Origin: Octopus vulgaris
Taxonomy: Eukaryota
Length of the DNA stretch: 64,000 nucleotides
NCBI GenBank assembly: GCA_951406725.2
Contig: OX597825.1
Location: 52,576,001 to 52,640,000, forward strand
Direction: 5' to 3'
Below are positions 25,940 through 39,414 of the stretch, one piece after another. The notes under the pieces are model-generated. The model did no database searches. It saw nothing but the letters and a program-made list of their open reading frames with translations, and was not told where the DNA came from. A program made the position numbers and the translations under genes. Every line of letters begins with the position of its first letter. Position 1 is the first letter of the stretch.

Positions 25940-26620
25940 CACTGGAATGAGTTTCTGATTGGTTTGGGATGATGAATTTGGCATACTAGTTGACTGATTT
26001 AGACGGTGATGATGTATTCACATCCAGTGTGTACCTGGGTGAATACATGGGTTAATTCACTAACTGACTGCTTTGGACATTGATGGTGTACGTCTATCTG
26101 TTGATATCAGAACAAATGTTGATAGACAGTTGTTGACAATAGCAAAACGTCAATATGTGAATCCACATTTGAGTCACTGGAGTATGTAGAATAAATAAAT
26201 TTGTATTTCTTACTTTTGTAATCCTATGTAAAGAAGTAGAGCCAATGCTCTGATTTATCGTAGAAGTCTAAGTCTTTGTTATGGCAGAGTTAATAATACA
26301 GTGAGAACAATGGCAGATTTGATAGATGTCAGATGTGAAGAAGAACAGTTAAGATAGAATGTATGAGTTTGAGACTGTGCATGGGTGTAGTCAATATTAA
26401 GATATATGTCAAGGAAGCTGACATAAGACTCGGAGATAGTGAAATTCTAATGAAAGGTGGAAACTGTTGATGAAAGAGATAAAATGAGCAAGTAGTTCTC
26501 TGGAGAAGTAGATGGCATTGATGCAGTTGACAAAAGTTGGGGTCTTTTTAGAAGCAAAGGTCAATGAGGGTGATCAACCATTGACAAATATCCTAACATA
26601 GCTGAAAACATATTGTACTA
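25940..26620 (-). mobile_element. Degenerate Penelope-like element, RT C-terminal/thumb region
   Basis: Minus-strand pieces FISFINSFHLSLEF, ISESYVSFLDI and YLNCSSSH...KSAI match PLE motifs N.FHP.LKFT, PFLD and YL.Y.S.HP...K.AIP. Confidence 0.65.
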
Positions 26621-27199
26621 CAATCTCATAAATCTTTGGTTCAAATCCATTGTAAATATTTTGTTGTTGGTTATTTAAGCATTACACTGTATTCCACATT
26701 ACCACAAGGCTTCTAGATATCAAGAAGAAGTACCACCAGATCCTCTGATAAAACTGTCCATAACTGTCCATACTCTAGTGAGTACTCTCTCTTCCTTCTT
26801 CTCTCTCTCCTTCCCTATCTCTCTTCCCCCTTTCTTTCTTTCCTCCTTTTCTCTTTCACTCCCTCTTTTGCTGTTCACACTTTATATGAAACCTACTGAA
26901 ATTACTTAAAATTGTATTGATTCATGAGGGAGTGTTACCAACAATAGACTGGTGTCATATCCAAGTGGAGATTTATTTGCTAACCACTTCACACTAAAAA
27001 AAATCTAAGATAAACTGGAGGTGGTGCGAGCTTAGAGAGGCTTTTGCATTTAGAATAACAATAGTGTAATCATCTTCATCATGATGATCAATTAAAGATC
27101 AAATATAACTAGACTAACAGTCGAAAGAAAATAAAACAACGAAAATAAAATTAAGAACAGATGGAAAAACAACTAAAATAGGAGTAAAAAAAAGCATTG

Positions 27200-28100
27200 A
27201 CAATAAAATAGAAAAACGGCTGTAGCAGTTGATATAGATGATGATGTTGATGATGACAACGATGACGATGATGCTGATGATGATGAAGGTAGTCTTGATA
27301 AATGATGGTGATGATGATGCTGGTGATATTAATGGTGGTGATGGTGGTGGTATGATGCTGAAGATGATGGCAGTGATGGTGGTAACAGTAAGTGTTAATC
27401 ATGGAAGCAAATAGCAACAATTGGTGGTGTTGGGTGTGGCAGTGGTAATGGTGGATGGTGATGATAGTAATGCTGAAGGCTGTATAATGGTGGGTTGGCA
27501 AAAATGCTGAGTGGTGGTGGAGGTGGAGGTGGAGGTGGTGATGATGATAATGATGATGGTGAAGTAGTGATAAATGTAATGAGGAAATAAAGCCAAACTC
27601 AAGTAAAGCCAAAGACAAAGAGGATCTTTGTCTTGTGAACTGCATGGTAACCTTACAAGGGGAAAAGGTACCCAGTTTGTTCTGTAAAGTGACTGGTATT
27701 CGGTAGGAGATCCAGCTGTAGAAACTATGCCAAAAGCAAACACTGGAGCACAATGGTGTTCGCAAACATGTTGGATTTTATTACATTTTGTCAAACTGCC
27801 TGACCCATGCCAGCATGGAAGATTGGTAATAAAAGATGATGATAATGATAGTGGAAATGGTGATAATGATGAAGATGAGGTAACAGTGAGATAATGTTGA
27901 TGCTGATGGTGGTGATGATGATGATAATTGCGAACTAAAAAAGATTAGAAATGAAGCAGGAATGATTAAAGAAATGAACAAGAAAAAAAAAAGATAAAAC
28001 GTGATGATAAAGACGATGATGATGATGATGATGATGACGATGATGACGTTTATGACAATGATGGTGGTGGTGGTGGTGGTGGTAATGATGATGATGATGG
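27200..28100. repeat. (GAT/GGT)n low-complexity region containing an RTE-type tail (~27655-27845, +)
   Basis: Degenerate trinucleotide tracts; GATCCAGCTGTAGAAACTATGCC...CCCATGCCAGCATGGAA marks the tail. Confidence 0.75.
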
Positions 28101-28399
28101 TAACAAAATTAATAAAAAATCAGTTGATGACAAATATCAGACAAAGGAAGAGACTGATTCCATTGCTGAATAATTACATGTTATCGAGGAGAAATGACTT
28201 TTATCTTGTTTCCTTTGCCAAAAGTCAATGCTATTATAAAGTATGTTTGTAGATGTGTATTTGCCAGTGTGTATGTGTATCCATGAGTGTGTGTGTACAT
28301 ATCGTTGTGTGTGTGTGCATGTGTATGTGTATCAGTGATTATGTATGTTTTCTTTATCTGGTGAAACCAGACTTGGTGGAGATGTAAAACCATGAATTC

Positions 28400-28740
28400 C
28401 ACCTTACATCCCTTCCACTCAAAGTTCTTCTAAAGAACCAGTGCTAAGTTCTGATTTCATAGAATGAAGTGCATGCAAAATAGATCTGATCCTGGATAGG
28501 ATAACTACTTTACCACTTGTAACATTCACAGATGACCTGTAGGTGGTACCTATTGACAACTAGGTAAACTGAAGCACTTTATTATAATTATCCTAATGTA
28601 TTTCTATTTTGGCTTTTGCCTAACCACATTATAATGGGCTCTATCCCAAAGACATAATCAAGTGCCTGCGATGGATTTGAACTAACAACTTATGAAAATG
28701 CAATTTATAGTACCCCGTTCACCACAGAGCCACTTTAGCC
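28400..28740 (-). mobile_element. Old tRNA-derived SINE
   Basis: The minus strand has A-box TGGCTCTGTGG and B-box GTTCAAATCC, followed by CAGTTTACCTAGTTGTCAATAGGTACC, which resembles conserved SINE central domains. Confidence 0.5.
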
Positions 28741-28956
28741 CTTCTGCTGAGCAGTAATACTAAGAATTCATTTACTTTATAGTCTTTTATTTTCATGTTG
28801 AAATAACATTTCTTTGTTAGACTTAAGTCTTTCAGATTTTATTTAAACTGATTAAGTTTACAATTTTTTTTTACTTTCTTTTCCTATTAATCTTTTGAAA
28901 ATATATTTCTAAAAATTGAATTTTAGAATATCAGTGTGTATGTATGTGTGTATGTA

Positions 28957-28992
<36 letters not shown>

Positions 28993-30659
28993 CATGTGTG
29001 TGTGTAATCTTTGACATCCAAACAAACATGACAGACCAGTAAGAGTAAATTAACTCCTCTGTTTTGACGTAATTGCTAATATTATACATGGAAGTTTACA
29101 TAATACACTGACCCTTAATAGCATCATCACCTCCAGGACCCTCGTAACAAAGTCTATAAGAGCAAGAGGTAACTCAGCAGGTAGAAAGCATTGGACAGAA
29201 GTTGTTGATCTTCAGAGACCAGAAGTCTTTATTTTGTTACCAGGTCTGATTTGTGTTTACTAACAAAGAGAAACAGAAGTCTGTTACTGTCTCAGACCAC
29301 TTAGCTTAATAGTGGTTTAGTAAGCTCCACTCAAACAGTGAAAACGATGTGTTTTATCTTGTGATGTTACAATGCCTTTGTAGATTTGAATTCAATCACA
29401 ATCAGTTCCTGAATTGATGAAACTATAGAGATGTCATGTCATTTCCCCAAATTTTCTGTAAAATGGTTGCAACATTTTAGAGTCATATAAACGGTAGAGG
29501 ACAGATTGGATAATATAATCCAAGATATACTATTTCTTGAAAAAAACATTATAGAGGGACTGATAATATGGAGAAGCTATTTGATCCTAACTCGTCTGGA
29601 TTAGGGCAGACCAAGGGCTATAACAATAACAATTTCTATTATATATCATTTCAGCTAAAAGCTGGGAAGTGAAACATATATTCTCCATATATTTCAGAGA
29701 ATGGTTAATGATAGAAACTATGCTGTCTTGTGACTATTTATGTATGGTCTTCTATACCAAATATATTACCATCATTTTTCCTCACCTAGTCCAACATTCT
29801 ACACCATAAACACTAAGTGTAGTCTTAGTATCGTCACTAACATATAGTACTCAGGAAAAATATCAATTGCCATATTATATTACTTTCCTTTTCTGTATTT
29901 CCTTTTTTGATTAATTTTACCCCTAAAATTTAGATTAAATATTTTTAATGATGATGTGACAAAATGTGATTTGGGAGCTAGGGAGATTTGATGTAAGAGG
30001 AGGAGAACTGTGGAGCAGGGGAGGATGTATGCAGCAGAATGAGAATTGGGGGATTCAGCTTTCATGTGGCACAATGAAATTTACAGAATGGATTGCATTG
30101 TACAAGAAAGGATTATGGTCAGCAATGCATGCTAGAAAATTGATGGTTTTTCTTTGTTTTCTTCTTCCTTTTTTTTTGTTCAAATGATGTCAGTCTGTGG
30201 AAGTAAACCAGATTCATTTATTAGTAAGTATGTTCCTCTTACTGTAAGGCCTTTGTTTACTTATTTAAAACTTGCCAATGTCTACTCTTTATTCTCCAGG
30301 GTTTATAATATTTAGTTCTATAATATATTGAATTAACTCAGGTTACTGAATGACTGGATAAGGTTTCCCTTAAATCAGTAAGCAGTGTACATTTTACTGT
30401 GTATCTCTGCATGCATACACATGTGTATGTATATGTGTGAGAATGCGTGTGTGTGTGGATGTGTACAGTTATGGCTGTGTATGGCACCAGATATTCTGTA
30501 AGAAATATAAAAATGCTATCAGTCATTGCAAACCAGAAAATATTTAGTTCAAACTTCAGTTTATCATTTCTGTTGAAATCAAGGGCAAGTTACATAGACC
30601 AGTTCACTGTTGTCTGACTACCCTTCCCTATCCTTAGACTCTCAGCAACAGATTCTGTC

Positions 30660-31292
30660 TGCCTCTGTTCATCAGCTTCTTTGTTACAGGAAATATATCC
30701 AACTGTTAATATAAACACAATTCCTTCAGTAAAATATGCATTCTTTTTCCTGAGACCCCAACTACCTCCATTAAATCTTACCCTTTAAATCTACCCAATC
30801 TTTACAGTGGTCACCTACCTCCCCACACTCATTCCCTCTTTTCTCCCCCATACACACTTCTGGTTCCTCAATCACATCTACCTACCTCATACCCCATCAC
30901 CTCTATTTTAATCCCTTTCCAGCTCCACTTAAACATACACACACCTTCTAATCTAAAATGTGAGAAGTTGTGTAGCTCCTTCACAGCAATAAATCAGTTC
31001 TACTTCGGACCTCTTCTCTCATAATTTTACCTCTCATCACTGAATATAAAGCTGCCTTCAGAGTTCATAGTCTTGCAAGCTGTATATTGGCCTCACTAAT
31101 TCTAGTGGCATAGAAAAAGCACCCAGTTTACACTGTAAAATGGCTGGTGCTAGGAAGGGCATTTAGCTATAAAAAACATTCCAAAACATGATAAAATTCT
31201 TGGGTCCTTTCGATCTTCTTAAACCATATAACCTATTCTAGCATGTAACAGGTATGTTAATTGATGACGATGATAATGATGATGATGATGAT
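30660..31292 (+). mobile_element. RTE LINE 3' UTR relic (pyrimidine-rich) with (GAT)n tail
   Basis: It ends with GTGGCATAGAAAAAGCACCC...AGGAAGGGCATTTAGC...GATGATGAT, organised like 55760-56690. Confidence 0.55.
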
Positions 31293-32689
31293 GGACGTGG
31301 TAGTGGTGGTAAGAAAAATATATTTAACCTTGCTGGGATATATTTCTAATTTACTGGGAATTACAGACATCATGCTCACCTGAATATCTGATACACTGGG
31401 AATTAACAAGACCCTTGTGAACATCTTGTCAAACTGAAAATAGATCAGCCAATCAGAAGAAAGATAGGTAGTTAGAGCAGAATTAGTCTATTTACAGATG
31501 TCTGTGCACTGGTGAGGGCACTACTTATGTAGTAGTTTTGGGTATTATCTCAAATTCTTTCTCTATGAAGCTCACCAAACACACTTTCAGTGAGAAAAGA
31601 AAAGGATACAGAATTTTCTTACAATTGATGAGATACTGCAAGTTTTGAAATGATTCTAATGATGATTGATGAGAATACAATCAACCATTTCCAGACGATG
31701 ACTTGAAATGAGTTGAAGAGGAAATATGTCAAGTGGAAAGTGACAAATATGTATCACAAAGTGGCATGCATTTCAATCACTTGATGGTCACAGGATAACA
31801 TTCACAGATTAACAATTCCAGATAACTTTCACACTTTTCAGATGCTTTTGTTTATTAGATCTCAGTTATCTCTGAGAAATTTATGTCCAGTGTGGGGAGC
31901 TCAAATACAGACAGTAATTATCTCTCTATGCCCAGGCCAATAAGATTATAAACCAATCAAAAATTCCACTTACACATAAAGTCTCATAATAAAAAAAAAA
32001 TTTTTTATTCAAAATCCCATATCCTTGGAAATTTCTGTGGGAACTACAGCTGTTAAATCACAGTGTGAAAATGCAACATCATAGTAACGTGACTTGCCTA
32101 AGGACTTGGTGAAATTATTAGAAACTGGTTTAAAATTGAAATCTAAATGTGACTGAATGACTCTCATGACATCATGTAAAAAATTTTTAATTACTTTTCA
32201 TACAATTATTCCACAAAAATTCTAACATTCTTCAAATTTTATGTTTTTATCACACCAGCTCCATACCATCCCACTCAAGCTTTTATTTCTCTGTAGACAT
32301 GCATTAATATTTAAAAGGTGATGTTTGAAACAAGAATTAGAATATAATTCTGGTAGATTTTCCTTGTAAATCCCTAATTGAATAACTTCAGTAAGAAAGA
32401 AAAAATACAATAAAGAGAAGAAAATATAAGCACAAAATGTATAAAAGGAAAAAAAATTGGCTAAAAGCATTTATTTTCTTGTCAACCAAAACATTTTAGC
32501 CATCAAGACATCGGAAGAAAGTAAGCTAAATTCTAATGTGCCACAATAATCCATGTAGTAAACAAGTCTTGGAGAAAGTAAAAAGAAAATATCGAATACT
32601 TTAATCTTATAATCTTCAATGAGACTTTCAGAAGAAATTCAAAAAGTAATTTAAAGAACACAATAGCAATCATATAACAAAGATATTAA

Positions 32690-32787
32690 ACAACAACAAC
32701 AACAATCATTATTACTACATTTATTATTATTATTATTATTATTACAGCTACTACTACAACTATTACTTACTGCTAATACTACTACTG

Positions 32788-32834
<47 letters not shown>

Positions 32835-32857
32835 CATTATTATTATTATTATTATTA

Positions 32858-32886
<29 letters not shown>
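32690..32886. repeat. Compound (AAC)/(ATT)/(ACT)/(GAT) microsatellite
   Basis: Directly visible. Confidence 0.9.
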
Positions 32887-32888
<2 letters not shown>

Positions 32889-33074
32889 AACAATTTTAAA
32901 ACAAAGTTATGTTTTTACTTTGCATCTCAAAGTAAAATATTTCTAAGTTGATTAGAAGAACTCGCTAAAGTAATCTTTGAAAACTCTTTGAATGATGGGG
33001 GTAGGTTTTATTAGTCAAGACTTCCTAAGTAACTGCGTAGAAGTTCAAGTAAAGACTGCAATATATTATTATGG

Positions 33075-33111
<37 letters not shown>

Positions 33112-33595
33112 TATACATGCATACATGCATATGTGCATACATACATATACATACATGCATACACATGCACACACGCATATATATATATATAAACATATAT
33201 ACACTCTATATATACTCAATACATATATATTTATACACACATATAAAGAGAAATAGAAGAAAAGATTAACGACTGGTTTAAGGGGCTTATTGGCTGACAT
33301 TGCCAAAGAGAATGATATGATAGGAGAGAAAAAATTGAGAGAGAGGCATACAGACAGAAAGATAATCATTAAAAAGACTACCATCAATTTTTGTACATTG
33401 GTGTCTTTAGAGCTTGTCACTTCAGAATCAGTATGCCTTTGATCTAGTTGGGCCGGTGGTTTAGCTGAGTGGTTAAGTTATAAAATCATTATAAATATTG
33501 TACTAATTACTGCATGTGCACATATATGCATGTATATCTATACAAATATACATATATATGCATACATAAATATATACATATATATATATGTATAT

Positions 33596-33643
<48 letters not shown>

Positions 33644-34274
33644 GTATATGAGCAAACATCTGAATGCTTACATTTGAAATAAAATATTACTATTTCTAAG
33701 CAGGTTGATGCTTCATGCATCCTTATGCTTTGTGCTAATTTTAAATTTTATATATATATATATATACATACAAAAACATATAATCATATATATACATATA
33801 TGTATACATAAAAAAAACCACATAATCATATATACACATACAAAAACACATATTCATATATATACGTATATACATATACATACACACACAGGTGTGTATA
33901 TTTACATACATTGGAGATTACATTAAAGCAATTATACTACTTGTAAATAGTTCATTGCCATTGAAACTTTAAAGCTGTCTAGATAGATCCTGCTAATCTC
34001 TTCATGCACAAAAAAAAATAAAGGAGATTGTCCTGGTATGTTTCATGTGTATGGATGGCTCATCAAAAGACAAATACTCTCTTTTATACCTCTAACCAGC
34101 AATTATTTAATGATGCTGATGTCAAACACACAGTATGCAAAATACTCTAAATTCTGGTTTGAATTTGATTAAAATAGCAATTTTCTCAAAGTTTTCTACA
34201 TGTTCAGTAGAATGAAGAATAAAGGAATACATGACCACTAATTAGAGGACAAAGAACTGTGAAACATACCTGGG

Positions 34275-34700
34275 TCATCGTCATCATCATCATCTTCCAT
34301 GCATACATTGGTAGGATGGTTGACAGGAGCCAGCCAGGGAGGAAAACTACCCTAGGCTACTGTGTCTATTTTGGTAGGGATTTTATGGATGGATGCCCTT
34401 CCTAACACCAACCACGCTGCATAGTGTTTGCAGAGTGGACTCTGCTTTTTACAAGGCACTAGCATAGGCGAGGTTAGTTTTGGCATGCTTTTTACAGATG
34501 GGTGCTCTTCCAAACGCCAATCATGTTACAGTGTGGACTGGATACTTTTAACAAGGCACCAGCACTGGCAGGGTAACCAAGACAAGGAATTAGGAGAGGG
34601 GCAGGGACATTTGAAGAGAGGAACCTGTGTCAGGAGATGAAAGGTTAGAGTGTGACAAAGAGACAGAGAGCCAGAAGCAGGTGTCTTGCCACATCAAAGG
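34275..34700 (-). mobile_element. RTE-type 3' tail fragment
   Basis: (CAT)n is followed by GGATGCCCTTCCTAACACCAACCAC, with a partial internal duplication of this block. Confidence 0.65.
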
Positions 34701-36390
34701 GAGCATACCTTTATTAATTAAGTGAAGAGAATAATAATGGAAATTTATTACTAGGGTTCTACAGTGAAGGCTTAAAAAAATCTGTAGCTTCATTACATAA
34801 GTTTATCATAGGTTTCAAACCTACTCTGTGCTGTACAAAAATATTTATTTTATACCATGTCTCTGTGTATCTAATTTATTTATCTATCTCCTTATCTCCT
34901 CTCTCTCACTCTTTCTCACTCTCTTTTCCTCCACACACACACACACACATATACATATATATGAGGGGGAAGGAGAGCTTGGGGAGTGTTTGTGTTTACA
35001 AATGATGACTAATTACTGAAGCCATGTATGATTATTCATTGAGATTTGATTGGCTCCCAAAAACCATTAGAAAATCTCTCACATATTTGTTAGCCCATTG
35101 TCATGTGCTGAATATATACAAAATATATTTTGTATATATACAAAATATATTTTGTATATTCAACTATTCACATGGAAAAAAATTTATAGATTTAATAAAT
35201 AAGCATTTCTGCATAAATCTTAGATATTTTAAGATATTTAATAGAAATAGCATTAAAGTGAGCTACAGCTGCATTAAAACCTTTAGTACTTCCACATCCA
35301 CCATAAACAGAAGACAAAACCCTCCAACATTATCTAATTACATAAATTCTAATATCTGCTGTCTCAATGGCATTGTCTTTCTATCAAACTAAAACTTATC
35401 TTGCAAATAGTGAACAAAAAGTTTTATCAGTCTTATTGAAAATCCATTTATAATAAATTCTCTTGACATATGTGTGTACATTCAGAGATTCAGAAAGACA
35501 TCCCACTATTTTAATGTCTAGAATTCAAGACATAATAAAATTATTAAGTTGACACATATTCCCCTACAATAATTGTTCCACAAAGTGTTATCTTTGCTAC
35601 TCAGAGAAATATACCATCTTCCTTTAGAATAGCTGAATACTTGCAAACATTTACAGTTATATTTTTTAGAAATTTAAAACTACCAATGGACTCAAACTGT
35701 TTATTTCCCACATATTTGTCTTGCTATACTTTCAAAGATTATCACAAACTTATGTATGCACGTGTGTGTGTGTATATGTGTGTGTGTGTGAGTGCTGTGC
35801 TTGTGTCTATATATTTTTGTTAATACAAAAAAAATGTGACAGTACTCAATACATAGAATTAAGTACAATAACACGAGTCAAAGAAATGATTTTACAACAG
35901 TCCCCCTAATGAAATCAATCACAGTCAAATCTATCTTCTTTCCGTTCTATCACCTTCTGCTCTACTTCTTCAACCTCTTGCTTTCAGTCTTGCTTCCTCC
36001 TACTTCTTCACTCATTTCTTCTCTCTTTTCGTTTTTGCTTCCTTCCTTTATCATTCCTTGCTCTATTTCATAGTTTTTCTTTTTAATTTTCGCTTTCACT
36101 CTTTTTCTTTCTTCCATTTTTTGTTTACCATGTCCTTTTACTAAACACCCCTCACCCCCTATACATCCTTACCTTTCCTCACACACACACTCTGTTCACA
36201 ATTACCACCACTTTAAACTCTCAGTCCACTAATTAACTGTCACATGCAATTAGTTATTATTAATTTTGATATTAGAAATTATACTTGCCCTGCATCGATT
36301 GAATATTTAAAAATATTGTTGCTTAAAAGTGAAATATTTTTTAGAGCAGCAATATGAATCTTGAAATTAGCAGCTGTGAAAAACTATTGC

Positions 36391-36440
<50 letters not shown>

Positions 36441-36519
36441 ATAGGTAAGGTTCAAGGTGTAGGAAGTTAGTAAGCTTTGAACAGTCCATAGAAGATATAA
36501 AGAACAACTTTCAGGAACA

Positions 36520-36897
36520 CTAGTGGTTTAGCGATGCAAATTTTTCCCAGTTCATTCCCACTTCATGGCACCTTGGGCAAGTGTCTTCTACAATAGCCTC
36601 GGGCTGACCAAAGCCTTGTGAGTGGATTTGGTAGACGGAAACTGAAAGAAGCCAGTTGTATATATGTATATATATATATGTTTGTGTGTGTATATGTTTG
36701 TGTGTCTGTTTTTCCCCCAACATCGCTTGACAACCGATGGTGGTGTGTTTTCATCCCCATAACTTAGTAGTTAAGCAAAAGAGACCAATAAAATAAATAC
36801 TAGGCTTCCAAAGAATAAGTCCTGGGGTCAATTTGTTCAACTAAGAGACAGTGCTTCAGCATGGCTGCAGTCAAATGACTGAAGCAAGTAAAGGAGT
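36520..36897 (+). mobile_element. CORE-like tRNA-SINE S2
   Basis: GCACCTTGGGCAAGTGTCTTCTAC...GTGAGTGGATTTGGTAGACGGAAACTGAAAGAAGCC, an internal TA/TG repeat, and the 3' end CAGTCAAATGACTGAAGCAAGTAAA. Confidence 0.85.
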
Positions 36898-37008
36898 ATA
36901 TTAAATTTCAATAAGCTGAAAAATGTTATTTTATAGTTCTTGGATAGCAGCTGGTGTTGCTGTGCATGTGAATAAAAATCCAAATTTAGGAAATGGAGTA
37001 GAGAAAAT

Positions 37009-37170
37009 CCAAGCTATGTTTCGTAGCTTGCAAAACCTCGGAAGTAGTAATTATCCAAACAAGGTGTCTTCTGCTAGCTACTTGTCAGGCCAAAGATAAT
37101 TTAGTCAAATTAAGATGATATTGTTGTCAAGGGATTCCTTGTTAACTCACAGGAGATTTGATCAAAAATG
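37009..37170 (-). mobile_element. Inverted PLE pseudo-LTR containing a hammerhead-like motif with long stem II (37009-37093)
   Basis: The minus strand reads GGC-CTGACAA-GTAGCT...AGCTAC-GAAAC. It is homologous to 39418-39590 and adjacent to a GIY-YIG C-terminus. Confidence 0.65.
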
Positions 37171-37224
37171 CTTGGAAAGCACAGAGTGAGGGTACAAAAG
37201 TGCTTTCCATGCATATATATGTTA

Positions 37225-37770
37225 ATAGATCAAATAAATGTAGCCTATGTTTAGCTGAAAGAGCTCAGATCCTTTTCAGATCTAAGATTCCTAACTCTTT
37301 ACTGAACTCTAAGTCTGAGATTTTCAGTTGTTGCAAACATTCTTTTACTTGTTTCAGTCATTTGACTGCAGCCATACTGGAGCACCGCCTTTAGTCGAAC
37401 AAATCGCCCCCTGGACTTATTCTTTGTAAGCCTAGCACTTATTTTATCAGTCTCTTTTGCTGAACCACTAAGTTACGGGAGCATAAACACACCAACGTCA
37501 GTTGTCAAGTGATGGTGGGGGATAAACACAGACACACAAATACACGCACACACACACACACATATACATGACAGGCTTCTTTCAGTTTCCATTTATCAAA
37601 TCCACTCATAAGGCTTTGGTCAGCTTGAGGCTATAGTAGAAGACACTTGGCCAAGGTGCCATGCAGTGGGACTGAACCTGGGGCCATGTGGTTGGGAAAC
37701 AAGCTTCTTACCACACAGCCTCTCCTGTGCCTATGTATAAATATATTTTGAAGAAATGGAAAATCCCTCC
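37225..37770 (+). mobile_element. PLE GIY-YIG endonuclease C-terminal relic, interrupted by an S2 SINE
   Basis: NKCSLCLAERAQI...LLNSKSEIFSCCKH matches the PLE motif C.LC..EK..I...LLN.RSE...CRH, and it resumes as MYKYILKKW after the SINE. Confidence 0.75.
37341..37732 (-). mobile_element. CORE-like SINE S2, full length
   Basis: Reverse-complement homologue of 36520-36897, with A-box GGCTGTGTGG and B-box GGTTCAGTCC. Confidence 0.88.
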
Positions 37771-38152
37771 TATACAAGATTAACTTGCTGATATTTTTCA
37801 AGCCTTGTAATTTAAACTCTAAGGCAGATAATTCTTCTCCCTTTTTTACTTTTTATATTTTAGTTTTTACTTTTTTATTTTCCCTTTTATCATTTTCCAT
37901 TTTTTTAACCTTCTGCATTTCCTATATGCTGCCTTCTCAGTTTTTTCACATTTCTTCTTCATTTTTTTTTTTAGTTCATTATGCTAATTGGTTCATACCT
38001 CAAGAATATGTTTGAGATATTTCTCAACATATGAAACAATTAGTAGGACTTAAAGACATGCATTGTGTCCTTTAAATGAATAATATTTATCTCTCACCAT
38101 ATAGAGTACTTTTTTGTTGAACAGTGCATAATATACATATATATATATATAT

Positions 38153-38526
38153 AAATTAGAGAACCACCATGTAGCAATTCAACAAAGATATAATTAAATC
38201 ATACCATATAGAAAAAAATTAAATATATGATTAAACATTTACCTAGAACTAAATAAATATATTCTCTGGTCAACTTTCTCTGTCATGGTCAATGTGGCAA
38301 TCACACGTTATACATCTTCCTTCCAAGCACTGCTGTAAACAGTTGAAGTGAGCTAAATAATAAATAATGATAAATAAATAGTATACTAATTATATACTAT
38401 TTATTTATTATTTTGTACTTTATTTAGTTCTAGGTAAATGTTTTATCTTATATTTAATTTTTTTCTATATGATATGATGTAATTATATCTTTGTTGAATT
38501 GCTACATGGTGGCTTTTCTCTAATTT
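38153..38526. mobile_element. Fold-back element with ~105-bp inverted arms in a (TA)n site, enclosing an inverted mariner fragment
   Basis: The arms are 38153-38257 and 38419-38526. Internal segment 38261-38355 is the reverse complement of ~38867-38960. Confidence 0.85.
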
Positions 38527-38608
38527 ATATACATATATTATATATTGTGAAATCTGATTTAGAATTACTAAATTGAATTTTTCCCTGTAAGTTTGGAATC
38601 ATATTCCC

Positions 38609-38659
<51 letters not shown>

Positions 38660-38743
38660 CATTATTATTATCATTATTATTATTATTATCATTATTATTA
38701 TTATTATTATTATTATTGTCATGTGTGTGTGTGTGTGTGTGTG

Positions 38744-39392
38744 TGGTCTGATCAATAAATATCCGGTCCCTTGCCATAGTAACGAAGCTAAAGCTCACAC
38801 AGTAAAGCTACTTGGCACAGATTGACCTTGAACTCTGCTGTGCATGGACACTAAGTGTTAACATTCTATCTCACTTCCACTGTTTACAGCAGTGCTTGGA
38901 AGAAGGCATATAACGTGTGATCATCGCATTGGCCATGACAGAGAAAGTTGACCAGAGAATCTGCATCAAATTTTATCAAAAGCTTGGTGATACCTGCTCC
39001 GAGGCCTATGCAAAGTTTTCATAAAGTTTTCATCGTTCTCAACTCAATTAAGAAGATCTTGTGCAACTGAAACCCAAGTGTCTTTTTGGTCAGCTGAAAG
39101 CAGTTTTGGCACAAACTTGACAGACACATGTCTCATATCCAAATCTTCAGTGACAATGTACTGAATTGAACTGTAATTAATCTGCACATCCTCTGATAAC
39201 TCATGGATGGTGATTCAATGATTTCCCCTCACACCTGCGTGCACGTCTGCAATGTTTTCCTCAGTTCTGCTGGTTGCAGATCTCCCAGAATGTTCATCAC
39301 TATCACCATTGTTTTGGTCCTCTTGGAAATATCTGAACTACTCAGACACTTATGTGTGGCTCATACACTCCTCTCCATACACTTTTTGCAAA
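38744..39392 (+). mobile_element. Mariner (Tc1/mariner) relic with an internal inversion
   Basis: It has a TIR-like start GGTCTGATCAATAAATATCCGG. The + strand encodes MTEKVDQRICIKFYQKLG from 38935. The continuation LQKVYGEECMS...SGRSATS...DLDMRHVSVKFVPKLLSADQK is on the minus strand at 39392-39020. Confidence 0.85.
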
Positions 39393-39414
39393 TCTGTGTA
39401 GACCAATGAACAGG

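Noticed and set aside
27151-27794. 204-aa His-rich ORF
   Set aside because: It arises from (GAT/GGT)n low-complexity sequence plus an RTE tail.
31320-31900. Possible piggyBac 5' end (TTAACC..., LTIDEILQVL)
   Set aside because: I found no matching second TIR or catalytic motifs.
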